Source: Octopus vulgaris | Lineage: Eukaryota | DNA: 64,000 nt | Assembly: GCA_951406725.2 (NCBI GenBank) | Contig: OX597824.1 | Location: forward strand, 28,582,001 to 28,646,000 | Direction of reading: 5' to 3' | Shown: piece after piece, positions 13,531 through 25,510 of the stretch | Layout: the number at the start of each line of letters is the position of its first letter | How positions within the stretch are numbered: position 1 is the stretch's first letter | Made by a program: the position numbers and the translations under genes | Notes under the pieces: generated by a model | Seen by the model: the letters and a program-made list of their open reading frames with translations, nothing else | Told to the model about the DNA's origin: nothing | Database searches by the model: none

Positions 13531-13898
13531 CTATAACGTTTTATGGTATCGTTTAATTGCGTTTAATAGAAAGGGTGTGGTCACACCTGTGTACAGTTAG
13601 TAGCGTAGCAGTTTAACGCTACGATAAAATTATAGTTGGAGTAATAGTGTACTTTTCTAGTGATTGTTATGTTAGCAGTGTAGATTTTCACGTTAGTTAC
13701 CTTTAAGATAAACATGTTGTTGCATGTGGCTAATATTGGTTTTAAATTTTGGCACAAGGCGTACAATTCTGGAGTGGGGTAAACCGATTGCACCTATCTC
13801 AGTGCACATATGGTACATATTTTATCGACCCCAAGAGGGAAGAAATATAAAGGATCTCGGCCGGAGTGCCAAATTTTCTTGCAGCTAAACGCTTTACT

Positions 13899-14061
<163 letters not shown>

Positions 14062-14065
<4 letters not shown>

Positions 14066-14220
14066 CCTTTCTACTATAGGCACAAGGCTTTACATATTTG
14101 GTGAGAGGCTAGTCGATTATATCGGCCGCAGTCCGTATCTGGTACTTATTTCATCGACCCCGAAAGGATGAAAGGCAAAGTCGACCTCGGCAGGATTTGA
14201 AGCGTAAAAAACGGACGAAA
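14062..14220 (-). mobile_element. Family B SINE, (ATT)n-terminated tail variant
   Basis: atcctttctactataggcacaaggc..tcgaccccgaaaggatgaaaggcaaagtcgacctcggc. Confidence 0.8.
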
Positions 14221-14559
14221 GACCTATAATTCTATCTAATGCTAATTCTATCCATAGGGCATGAAGTTACATACCAAGTTCACTACGCCGGACCCCAGTT
14301 CTTACGTGATACTTATTTCATTGACACCGAAAGCTGGAATTGAAACTCAGAACATAAACACTGATGAAATGTCGCTAAGTATTTTGACCAGCGTGCTAAC
14401 GACTCTGCCAGCTATCCGCTTTATATACGCAATCAGTATTGACCGATATTAGTTTTAATATATTTTTTTCACTAATTTTGCTTAATGCTGGCCTTTAGAC
14501 AAAAAGGGAAAAAACTTGAATTTGAAACTAAAAACATTAAAGGTTAGTGTGAAAATATT

Positions 14560-14776
14560 CTCTCTTTACTTTTTTTACTCTTTTACTAGTTTCAATCATT
14601 TGACTACGGCCATGCTGGAGCACCGCCTTTAGTCGAGCAAATCTACACCAGGACTTATTCTTTGTAAGCCTAGTACTTATTCTATCGGTCTCTTTTGCCG
14701 AACCGCTAGATTACGGGGACGTAAACACACTAGCATCTGTTGTCAAGCGATACTGGTGGGGACAAAAACAGACACA

Positions 14777-14817
<41 letters not shown>

Positions 14818-15046
14818 CGAGCCACCTTGGGCAAGTGTCTTTGTTAGTGGATTTGTTAGGCGGAAAGAAGCCTGTCGTATATATATATATATACATATAT
14901 ACTTGCCCAAGATATATATATATATATATATGCGACAGGCTTCTTTCCGCCTACCAAATCCACTAACAAAGACACTTGCCCAAGGTGACTCGTAGTGGAA
15001 CTGAACCCGTAACCATGTGTTTGGTAAGGAAGCTACTTACCACACT
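14560..15046 (-). mobile_element. Family A SINE with an internal inverted duplication
   Basis: Reverse complement of the family A consensus. 14813-14997 forms a foldback. Confidence 0.88.
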
Positions 15047-15106
15047 AATTTATTTCAGTTAGAAAAGCTATCAGTTACATATTCATATATTCATCATAAA
15101 CCTAAA

Positions 15107-15505
15107 TCGGTGAGCTAACAAAATCTTTCTTACGTCGGGCAAAATGCGTATCGGTATTTCTTCTGCGCTACGTTGTGGGTTCAAATTCCGCCGAGGTCGA
15201 CTTTGCCTTTCATCCTTTCGGGGTCGATAAATTAAGTACCAGTTACGCACTGGGGTCGATGTAATCGACTTAATACCTATGTCTGTCCTTGTTTGTCCCC
15301 TCTGTGTTTAGCCCCTTGTGGGTAATAAAGAAATAGGTATTTCTTCCGTCTTAACACTTTCGGCACAAATTTTGTCGAGGTCGACTTCGCCTTACATTCT
15401 TTCTGAGTTGATAAATTAAGTACCAGTCGGACACTAGAGTCAATCTAATCGACTCGCCCCTCACCCAAAATTGCCGGCCATGAGCCAAAATTTGAAACTA
15501 TTATT
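15107..15505 (+). mobile_element. Nested family B SINEs: a young Tx1-tailed unit inside an older copy
   Basis: GGTATTTCTTC is duplicated at 15153-15163 and 15336-15346 around a near-consensus unit, while the flanking SINE halves are degenerate. Confidence 0.85.
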
Positions 15506-15958
15506 AGTGGTGCTGGTGGTAGCGACGCTGGTTGGCGTTGCTGCACTAGTAATTGAGAAATGGGAAATGGGCTGAGTTGTCATCTTGTAAATGTTAAATG
15601 TACTTCTAATCTTAAAGGTAGTTCTTCTTGAGCTGGATTTCCTTTTTGATGTCTTTCATATTTTATGGTTGTGTTGATAGTGGGCGTGTCCGTTCGTTGT
15701 TGAGGGTGTGGCTTGCGGTTACTAGCGACGGAGAATGGGTGCAGTCAGAGGTGACGAATTGGTAGTACAATGAATAATTTGATATATGCGTGAAAAATTA
15801 CCTGCCATCTCTCAATGACTATTCTCACGATGGTTTGGATATATGCTTCTATAGATAGACTGACATACATACATGTGTACATGCATACGAACGGACGCAC
15901 ACATAGACGCGAGTGCACAAACTCACACACAAACACACACATATTTATGCATGTATAA

Positions 15959-16005
<47 letters not shown>

Positions 16006-16097
16006 TGTGCATGTGTGCATGTGTGCATGTGTGTATATATATATATATATATACAAGTAGGTATATATCTGGCTAGCTAGCCATCTAGACAGATAAT

Positions 16098-16139
<42 letters not shown>

Positions 16140-16140
<1 letters not shown>

Positions 16141-16386
16141 GTTTCTTTATTGGCCACACAGGGCTGCACACAGATGGGACAAGTTACAAGGTAGAGCTTT
16201 TCTTTTGGGGGATGAAAAAAACAAAAAACAAAAAACAAAAAACAAAAGAAACAAAAAAAGGTGGCGTAGGTGTTCGATCAAAAGGGATCGTAAAAGGGAA
16301 AAAACAACAAAAAAAAAGAAAAGAGAAAAAGAAAAAAAGGAAAAGGAACAAAAGAAAAGAAAAATGAAAAAAGAAGAAAAAAAAGG
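16140..16386 (-). mobile_element. 3' end of a non-LTR retrotransposon inserted in (GATA)n
   Basis: The minus strand is a T-rich UTR ending cttgtcccatctgtgtgcagccctgtgtggccAATAAAgaaact followed by (TATC)n. GATA repeats lie on both sides (16098-16139, 16387-16544). Confidence 0.7.
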
Positions 16387-16448
<62 letters not shown>

Positions 16449-16458
16449 TTAGAAAGAC

Positions 16459-16544
<86 letters not shown>

Positions 16545-17065
16545 TTTGGTCTTACGTTTTAGACGTTTATTTGAAAATCACATAAGCCCAGATCGCATTC
16601 CAGCGTTGGGCATGATGAGAAAATGACATGTTCTATAACTTCAGTATAACTTATGAAACAGCTTTGGCAAAAAGAATGTAGAAACACGTTGGTTGGGTTG
16701 AAGTTATAATTCCAAAATCACACTCTAACTAATCTCATTCTAGTTCGCTGATCTTCGGAATCATGCTATTGGGATACATCCGTCTGCAGAAAATAAAGTC
16801 ACATACAAGTTGAGCCAGTAGTTCACTTGATCGATCAACATTATTGAAACCGGTGCAGTATACACGAATATCAATGTTTGTTTGTGTATGTGACTGTATA
16901 TCTGTGAAGTAATAGGTGTTTATATATTTAAAGTGTTCATACATAATAAGAATACTCCATTAAAGTAGTAGACAGGAATATGAAATACATTCAATGATGT
17001 ACTTCGGTAGTTATACTGCAATGTGATTCATGAACCGGAGCATCCAACTTTGATTTACATTATAC

Positions 17066-17103
<38 letters not shown>

Positions 17104-17107
17104 ATAT

Positions 17108-17309
17108 AACGTTAATCCAAACAAGAAAGCACAAAAAAACACAACGCGAGGACGTGGAACAAATATAGTATTATTGGACGCTCAGGAAAGAAGGAAAGAA
17201 GGAGGGTTTAACGTTTTGAGCGGAGCTCTTCGTCGGAAACATAGGAGAAGGAAAGATCCAGAGAAGGGAAGACAGAGGGAAAAATCGCCAACGGTACCTA
17301 CGTGGTCAC

Positions 17310-17312
<3 letters not shown>
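17108..17312 (-). mobile_element. Putative Penelope-like terminal fragment in (TA)n
   Basis: The minus strand has gttt-CCGACGA-a-GAGC-tcc-GCTC-aaaacgtt-aaac, a decayed minimal hammerhead layout. TA repeats flank both sides. Confidence 0.55.
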
Positions 17313-17363
<51 letters not shown>

Positions 17364-17386
17364 TATATATTTATATACATATATAT

Positions 17387-17443
<57 letters not shown>

Positions 17444-17689
17444 CAAATATATATACATATACATATATATATATTTATATATACATATATATACATATGT
17501 ACATATATACATATATATGTATGTATGCATGTATGTTTATATGAATGTACACGTCAAAAGATTCACAGTGTTTATCCCTATTCGTACGCCCACATGACCG
17601 GTTTACGGGGTTCTGTAGCGAATACATTCTGGATGCCGGCCCGTCACCAGAATACCCATTGCTCTCAGCTGATTACCGTTTTATGAACT

Positions 17690-17789
17690 GTTTTCCTCAA
17701 GAACACATCATATCGCCCGCTCCAGGAATCGAAACTACAATCTTACAATCATGAGCGCAACACTGAAATCACTAAACCACGCGCCTCCA
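17690..17789 (-). mobile_element. Family C SINE head fragment
   Basis: Reverse complement of ggaggcgcgtggtttagtg..gtttcgattcctggagcgggcg..gtgttcttgag. Confidence 0.75.
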
Positions 17790-17972
17790 TATACACACAC
17801 ATATTTACACACGCGCTAATATGTTCGTGTGAGTGCGTGTGTGTACGTGTGTGTGTGTGCGTATGTGTGTGTATATACATATATGCGTGTGTTTGTGTTT
17901 GCGTGTGTATGCCTGTGTATGCGTGTGTAGAGACTGAGAGATTTATTAATTATACAAATATACATACATATA

Positions 17973-18014
<42 letters not shown>

Positions 18015-18094
18015 GATATATATATATACATATATACGTATGTATATGTGTGTGTGTGTGCATTTATATACATGTATATATATATATATATACA

Positions 18095-18144
<50 letters not shown>

Positions 18145-18191
18145 CATATATATATATATATATGTATGTACATATATTTATATATGTATGC

Positions 18192-18225
<34 letters not shown>

Positions 18226-18879
18226 GCAAAAAAAACATGGCGACGCGAGGAAGCAAAGAGGAAGGGAAAGAGAAGGGACTGGAATGCCCAAACACAGAAA
18301 TAAACAGAAATAAATACATGATAGATAGTAGAATAATTATATAAACAAATAAAGATATATTGCAGATGTGCAAGAAATATGTTTTGGTATTCAAAGCAGA
18401 AATTTGCAGTGTACACAAATTTTACGCACACAAAAATATACTTTGAAGCACTCACACACGCAATTATATATACATACATACGTACGTGCGTACATACGTA
18501 CGTGCGTACATACGTACGGGCTTTACACAGACGTAGTTAAACATATAGAAGCTAAAAGACGTCTACACTAACACACACGGAAAGGAGAAGGAAGTAAATA
18601 AGCAATCGTATTTCAGATAATGATGTAAACACATACATAGAGAACAGGGCTCAGACAAACACCACGCATACACGCACGCGTACAAACACACACAGACATA
18701 TATATACACACATGAATACAAGAGCACACACACGAACGTACACAGTCCGTCAAATATTGACACAAAATATTACACACATACATATATTTACACGTGTACA
18801 GTCACTCATATGCATTCGTGTATAAATATGTGTGTGTTTTTATGTGTGAAGATATATTTATATATATACGCGGACACAA

Positions 18880-18915
<36 letters not shown>

Positions 18916-19070
18916 CTGTGTGTGTATATATATGTATAAGTATATAAATTTACATATATATATATATATATATATATATGTACTTGCATACGTCTTTATG
19001 AGATTGTGTGTATGTATGTATGTGTAGGTTTGCATAGGCGTGTGTATGTGTGCGTATCCATGTGTGTACA

Positions 19071-19103
<33 letters not shown>

Positions 19104-19638
19104 TCACTTGAATTATTGCTCTCTCACACATTTTAATCTTTCTGGAAACACACCAAATGGTTTTAGCCTTTCCAAAGTAAAGGGGAAAAAATAACACACA
19201 TAGTCGCGCCTGCACAAACCGCCTGGTGACAGTACTACGATGATGATGCTTATAGCTGCTGCTGCTGCTGCTGCTGTTGCTGCTTCGAATGGCAAAAACG
19301 ACGATGGAGACGGTGATAAAGTAAAAGGGAGAATCCTAATGTCGCTGACCATGGTCATCGTGTGTGCCATCATTATCATCATCAATGATGATTGTAATGA
19401 TGGTAGGGTTTCTGTTAGAGTTCTTTCTGGCGGTTGTAGTCATAATTCTGCACAATGACCCTCTCTAGCTCTGAAATTCCAACAATTTTGATGTTTAAGG
19501 AAGAATTTATATTTTGCCCAAACATGTCACGATTCATTGGCACACATATCTTAACTGCATGATTAACCATCGAGGGCATTTCTACAAAGCTTTTCTATGA
19601 GCTAAAAGTAGCAGTTAACTCTTTCCTTGTCCTGTATA

Positions 19639-20082
19639 TGTTATGTCGCACGTTCGGATGACCTACACTCACTTCGACTCACTACTCGGCTCCTACTTCT
19701 GGTCTGCTGTGCTCTTCCATTTCGGCACCATTCGAAACTTCGTCGCCACTGTTATGTCGCAATACTACACAGTGGCTGTGTGAGCTACGCAATCCTCGTC
19801 GCCACTGCTATATCGCACGTTCGGATGCCTGCTACTCAAATCTTCTCCGACTGCTACTCTCCTACTAATCCACTACCGAGATCTGCACCGGCGGGGCGAC
19901 TTTCCGATGCCCGGTCGTGTAGGAGGGCGCCGCGGCGTGCATGGAAGCCGCGGTTTCCATGCATGCCGCGGGCGCGAACCCGGGTGAAGCCGACCGCCGG
20001 TGCAGATCTCGGTAGTAGAGTAGTAGGAGAGTAGCAATCGGAGAAGAGTTGACTGGCAGGCATTCGAACGTGCGACATAGCA
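19639..20082 (-). mobile_element. 444-bp GC-rich non-autonomous TG..CA element with palindromic terminal unit and PBS-like motifs
   Basis: TSD GTATA at 19634-19638 and 20083-20087. Ends are TGTTATGTCGCACGTTCG / CGAACGTGCGACATAGCA. Foldback spans 19806-20082, and tRNA 3'-end matches lie at 19720-19730, 19740-19748 and 19792-19804. Confidence 0.8.
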
Positions 20083-20554
20083 GTATATCACATGTCATAC
20101 AGAGGTCACATTTCCCTCGCGTCCATGCATCATATATGATACACGTTCCCATTTATGTTTTTAAACGTACCAGAGGAAGTTGGGACCCAAATAAATAAAA
20201 CTATATTACCCAGAACGTGTGAAACAAGAGCAAACAAGTCTGAAAAACAAGCGTGGACTTTTACGTGACATTTATGAAAATGCTTTAGACAAGTAAATGA
20301 TTATACTTGCTTGCAATTTCAATCCAAGTTGTTGAAATAAAATAAAGACGGAAAACGATAGCGAGAAGAGACCTTAATATCTGAAATAATGTTATTGAAA
20401 TATGAACGATTAAAGCACGCCTGGAGCCATTCAGGAAATAGAAGCTGTTACCATATGCCGCATAATTTCATTTTATTCATCGTATTGATGATCAATGTTT
20501 TGAAAAACCCCACTTTGGAGATTTGATTCTCTAGGTTATTCACCTTATATGTGA

Positions 20555-21164
20555 GTAGATTCGTTAATATGAGGTGGAATGCTAAGGCGGTTAGCTTGAA
20601 GAACAAGAAGCTAGAGGACGTCTATCCACCCTTGATGATCAGAATTTGAAATCAATATTCGAACAAAATTCACAAGAAAGCGTCAGAGAAACGTCTCATA
20701 TGCTTGGTGTTTGTAAGCAACTGGAAGAAATGAATGTACACTTGAGACCCTTGTTTGTTAATCGATGTGGGTCAATTCTGCTCCACGACAACACTCGACC
20801 GCACTTTTCCAGGATGACACTGCAGGAACTCATAGACTTGGAATACGAAACTTTGCCACCTTCTCCATATGCTCCTGATCTTTCACCCACCGACTACCAC
20901 TTTTTAAAGCATCTACACACTTTTTAAAGAAAAAAAAAACCTTGCTGTTCCCAAACCGAGGACGAAGTTGATTTTGAAGACTTCGTGGAATCAAAACCTT
21001 TGAGATTTTATCGAAGAGACATAAATGACCTTGTCCATTGATGAAATAAATGCATAGCTGCTCAGCGACCATATCTTGAATAATTAAACCATTGTATAAG
21101 TTCAGATTTTCAAAGACTATCAGCTTATTTATGAAATCGGCCATTATTTTCCGAACAACCTAAT
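20555..21164 (+). mobile_element. Mariner (DD34D) relic with right TIR
   Basis: ILLHDNTRPH..ETLPPSPYAPDLSPTDYHFLKHL. The right end ccattattttccgaacaacctaat resembles a mariner TIR. Confidence 0.88.
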
Positions 21165-21505
21165 TTGAAGAATGAAAATTATTTGAGAACAAACTCTGAT
21201 CTTCCCTTTGTCCAAAATGTTTCATTCAAAAATTCAACACATTCACATTCCGCTGTCCTTTCTAATCAATCAGGCTCTAGCGTTTCAGTTTTGTATTACA
21301 CATATACATTAACCTGTAAATGCAAGTTGTGACTTTCTACAAGACATTATCTTACCTTTCTCTCGTCCACTCTGCCGGCAAAAATGAGTAGTATCTCTGT
21401 ATTTAAAATGACCACCCTTATCCTATTCTGTGTATCACGGTATCTCCATGAGAACTACGCTAAGAGTACGCGTATATGTGGATTGCTCAGCGACTTGCAC
21501 GTTAA

Positions 21506-22013
21506 CCTACTGCTTGGCATGAGCCCCATCTGGGGATCGGCTAAAACTGCTGGTTGTTCGTTGTATTTAAAGTGCATGGCTCATGTACATTGCATTTGCA
21601 GCGGTGTGTTTAACAATATTTAGTAGATTAAGCTCGCCATTATTATACCTGACTAATTCTAGAGGACATTTTATGTCATAAATCGCCAGTTTTGTACGAC
21701 GAACATATTTACTGTCTTCAAAAAGGGCTTTTTTTTAAACATTTCCCATCTATATCATTCATTGAATTTCATACACATTCGCATTTGGTACCATAGTTTC
21801 AAAAGAAATAAAATATGTATTTTTGCAATTGAACAGAAAAGGATAAATATGCTTTTTCCCAACGATCACCATGTGGGACTTTTCGAAGAATTTATCGTAA
21901 TTTCCAAAATAGATGACATGTGAAGAAAATTTAAATGCAATATATTATTTTTGACTCCTAAGACACCTGCCAAACACAAAATATATGAATAAAATATTTG
22001 GCAGTTAATGGGT
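21506..22013. mobile_element. piggyBac-like MITE with TTAA target duplication
   Basis: TTAA at 21502-21505 and 22014-22017, with decayed TIRs cct-actgc / gcagttaatggg. It splits a repeat that is contiguous at 62100-62145 (ttgcacattaatttcacgagc). Confidence 0.65.
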
Positions 22014-22384
22014 TTAAATTCACGAGCGGGCTGTTCCGTTGATCGAAAGTCCAGTCGTCATAACCAACGGAATGCTAGTTACAGGCTTACCTTGAATTGG
22101 TAGCATTTTCTTTCGTCAAATCACACAACTAAACACATAGTTTATCGGGAATATATAATAAGCAATATATTGATTACTTTGCAATGACAGATATAGATTC
22201 GAACTCTTCCGGTAACCTTACATTTCTTGTTATATTTTATTTTCGTATTAATAATCTTTGTAAAACACGCTTAACACTTTTTGTACATATCTACTTATTT
22301 ACACGTATGAATGCACAAGTCTGCGTGTTGTGTTTTGTCAGTCAATCTACTTGCTTATCTTTCTCTCGCTCATACCCTCACTTT

Positions 22385-22570
<186 letters not shown>

Positions 22571-23157
22571 CATATATATACGTGTGTGTAAAGAATTAAA
22601 AATTGATATAGATAACTAGGAGCGAAGGAAATTTTCTATGATCACTAATTGTGACTGGGGGCACCTATATTGCTAGAAATAAGAGTTAAACGCTCTTACT
22701 GTTATTTGAAGCAAACAGTATATATACATTGACGGGAAACATAACCTCCCTATTCGCGACTGCAGGATCACTGCTCTAAACTAGTTTTGCCTATCAGTGG
22801 CAACTCATTTGCTCTCTGGTTTAGCCAAGTTGGCCTCTTACCAAATAAATAGTCAACGATAAGAACTGTATGCCCAGTGAGAAACCATTGAAAGACAAAC
22901 GTCTTTGCAAAGTACACCAGCAGGAATTTTCTTCCACCGTTGTTGATGCTTTTACAGAAGTGCCACTGGTGCTGAATCAATGACTTTTTGTTAATGTTAG
23001 TAAACGAAGGATAGTCAAGGAAGATGTAAACGTGTTTGTATTTAATTGTTTGTGCGTTTGTGTGTTCGCTTATATTTGTTCCGTGTGCGTTCGTGTGTGT
23101 GGGATTTCCTATTTCGAACGTAAATTTGATTTCAGTCAGCGATATATATTCATACAT

Positions 23158-23204
<47 letters not shown>

Positions 23205-23277
23205 GGGGGGTGTACATATATACACGCACATTAACATATAAGTAATTATATATATAGATATATTTATAGATATATGC

Positions 23278-23338
<61 letters not shown>

Positions 23339-23411
23339 CACCTAAGTGTATGTATATATGCAAATATCTTTATGTGTGTATATGTGTGTATAAATTTGTA
23401 TACATAGATAT

Positions 23412-23482
<71 letters not shown>

Positions 23483-23834
23483 TGTGTGTTTGTATGCACG
23501 CATAAATGTTAGAGTAATTGTTGACTATTTTCCTCGCATTTCTCATACGTTATTTCATTTTATTTATTTATTTATATTTTTTTTCGCCAATTTATTACTC
23601 GATGAAATATGGTATACAAATAAAAGGATACAATCAAAATATAAATCAAAACATCCCAATGCAAACATCAATTTATATAATGGTCAAAATGAAGGATTTT
23701 TAGATTGCTGACACAGCAGTAAGCTTAAATCGCTAATAGAGGCAAATGACCTACACATGCATATAAAATTTAGTTATGAATATCATGTCCAGCTACTTGA
23801 ATTTTTATGGCCTTCAGTTCCGTCCATTATCATT

Positions 23835-24030
23835 GAAGATTTGGGTTTGTGACGCGTGTCTGGGAAGTTTGTGCCCGAACAGTTTTCTGCTGACCAGAAG
23901 GACACTCGGGTTTCCGTTGCACAAGATTTTGATTGTGTCGGAAAGGGTGAAAATGTTTTAAAAGCGGTCATAACGGGTGATGAATCGTGGGTCTATGACT
24001 ATGACACCGAAACGAAGGCTCAGTCTTTCT
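23835..24030 (+). mobile_element. Mariner transposase fragment (linker plus first catalytic D)
   Basis: KFVP..DQKDTRVSVAQD..LKAVITGDESWVYDYDTETKAQS. Confidence 0.85.
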
Positions 24031-24166
24031 TCGAGACCGAAGAAAGCACGAATGACTCGAAGACACTTCCGAACGAGACTAGTGTGAAGGAGATTAAATG
24101 CCAAATTGGTACATCTTGAAGTTTTATCTTTAAAGAATCAGTCCGATCAGAATCCGGAGACATGTG

Positions 24167-24215
<49 letters not shown>

Positions 24216-24284
24216 CATATATGTGTATACATATATATATATGTGTGCCCGTGTGTGCGCGCGTATATTTATATACACACACAT

Positions 24285-24514
24285 AATAAGAAGCAAGGGG
24301 TGAGATCTGGGCTGCACGGTGGGTATCGGACCTGGGGAATGCTGTGCCTAGCCAAAAACTGCTGCACAAGCTGCGCTGAATGGGCAGTTGCGTTCTCATG
24401 GTACAAATATCACTCACTGGACGCATAAAGTTGTGGCCTTTTCCGACGAACAGCATCATGCAATCTCCGCAAAACGTCACGATTGTACTCCTTCTTTACT
24501 GTCTGACCATGTTA

Positions 24515-24517
<3 letters not shown>
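24285..24517 (-). mobile_element. Mariner transposase fragment (second and third D region)
   Basis: The minus frame reads LYHENATAHSAQLVQQFLARHSIPQVRYPPCSPDLTPC, compared with the consensus LHHDNAPAH..HPPYSPDLAPCD. Confidence 0.8.
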
Positions 24518-24560
<43 letters not shown>

Positions 24561-24584
24561 CTCACATTTATGTGTTTACTCCGG

Positions 24585-24617
<33 letters not shown>

Positions 24618-25403
24618 ATATATATATGTGTGTGTGTATGTATGTATATACACATACAGAGAACGTGTTTCCGTGAATGTTTAGTTGATGCAGAGCATTA
24701 AGTGAAACTTAATCAACCCACTTATGATCAAACAGGATCTGAGTTAGGGAGATTTAAATGCTAATTGTAGAGATCAGAAGACTGCTTGCACAGTGCCCTC
24801 CGCTGTATCCGTTGAAAATGGCCATAGAATCATTGTGTGTTTGTGTGTATGTATGTTTGTGTGTGTGAGTGTGTGTGTTTGAGCATCTGGACATAAAATT
24901 TCATTTCTTGTGCTCTATGCGGCGTAAGTAAGAATGAGTGCTTGTATGTAGGTGTATATTTTGAGTAGAGACAAAGTCTGTTTGTGAAAGCAGAGGATGA
25001 CAAAGAGGTGGGGGGGGGCAAAAAGAGTGAGAGAGAGAGAGGGGGGGAGCTTGTGTCTGTGGGCGTGTTCTTATGTGCAGTGATTTTCCTGTATTGCCTA
25101 GTGAATATGAGAATGTGTATATTTCCAAGTGAGTACATACTCAGAATAGAGAGATAGTGAATGCGTGTTTGCGTGTGTGGAGGTAGAAGGAGAGAGAGAG
25201 AGAGACAGAGTGAGGAAGAAAGGGGAGGAAGTGGGGAGATGAGTGAGAGAGAGGGAGACAGAGATCAAAACAAAAAAATGAAAACACGAAATATTTCGCA
25301 ACACCTACAAACCTTTCTTCCATATGCACTTCAAACCGGATAAACCAAACTAAGCACTCAGTACATACCTATTGCATCAGTTGAGAAAAATTTGTTGCAT
25401 GTC

Positions 25404-25504
<101 letters not shown>

Positions 25505-25510
25505 CCTGTC

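Noticed and set aside
19639-19830. CRISPR-like repeat-spacer appearance
   Set aside because: Only three unequal repeats with irregular spacing, a eukaryotic context and no cas genes. Better explained as element ends plus PBS motifs.
19627-20152. ORFs of 72-135 aa on both strands with similar sequences
   Set aside because: Artefact of a GC-rich palindrome; no recognisable protein.
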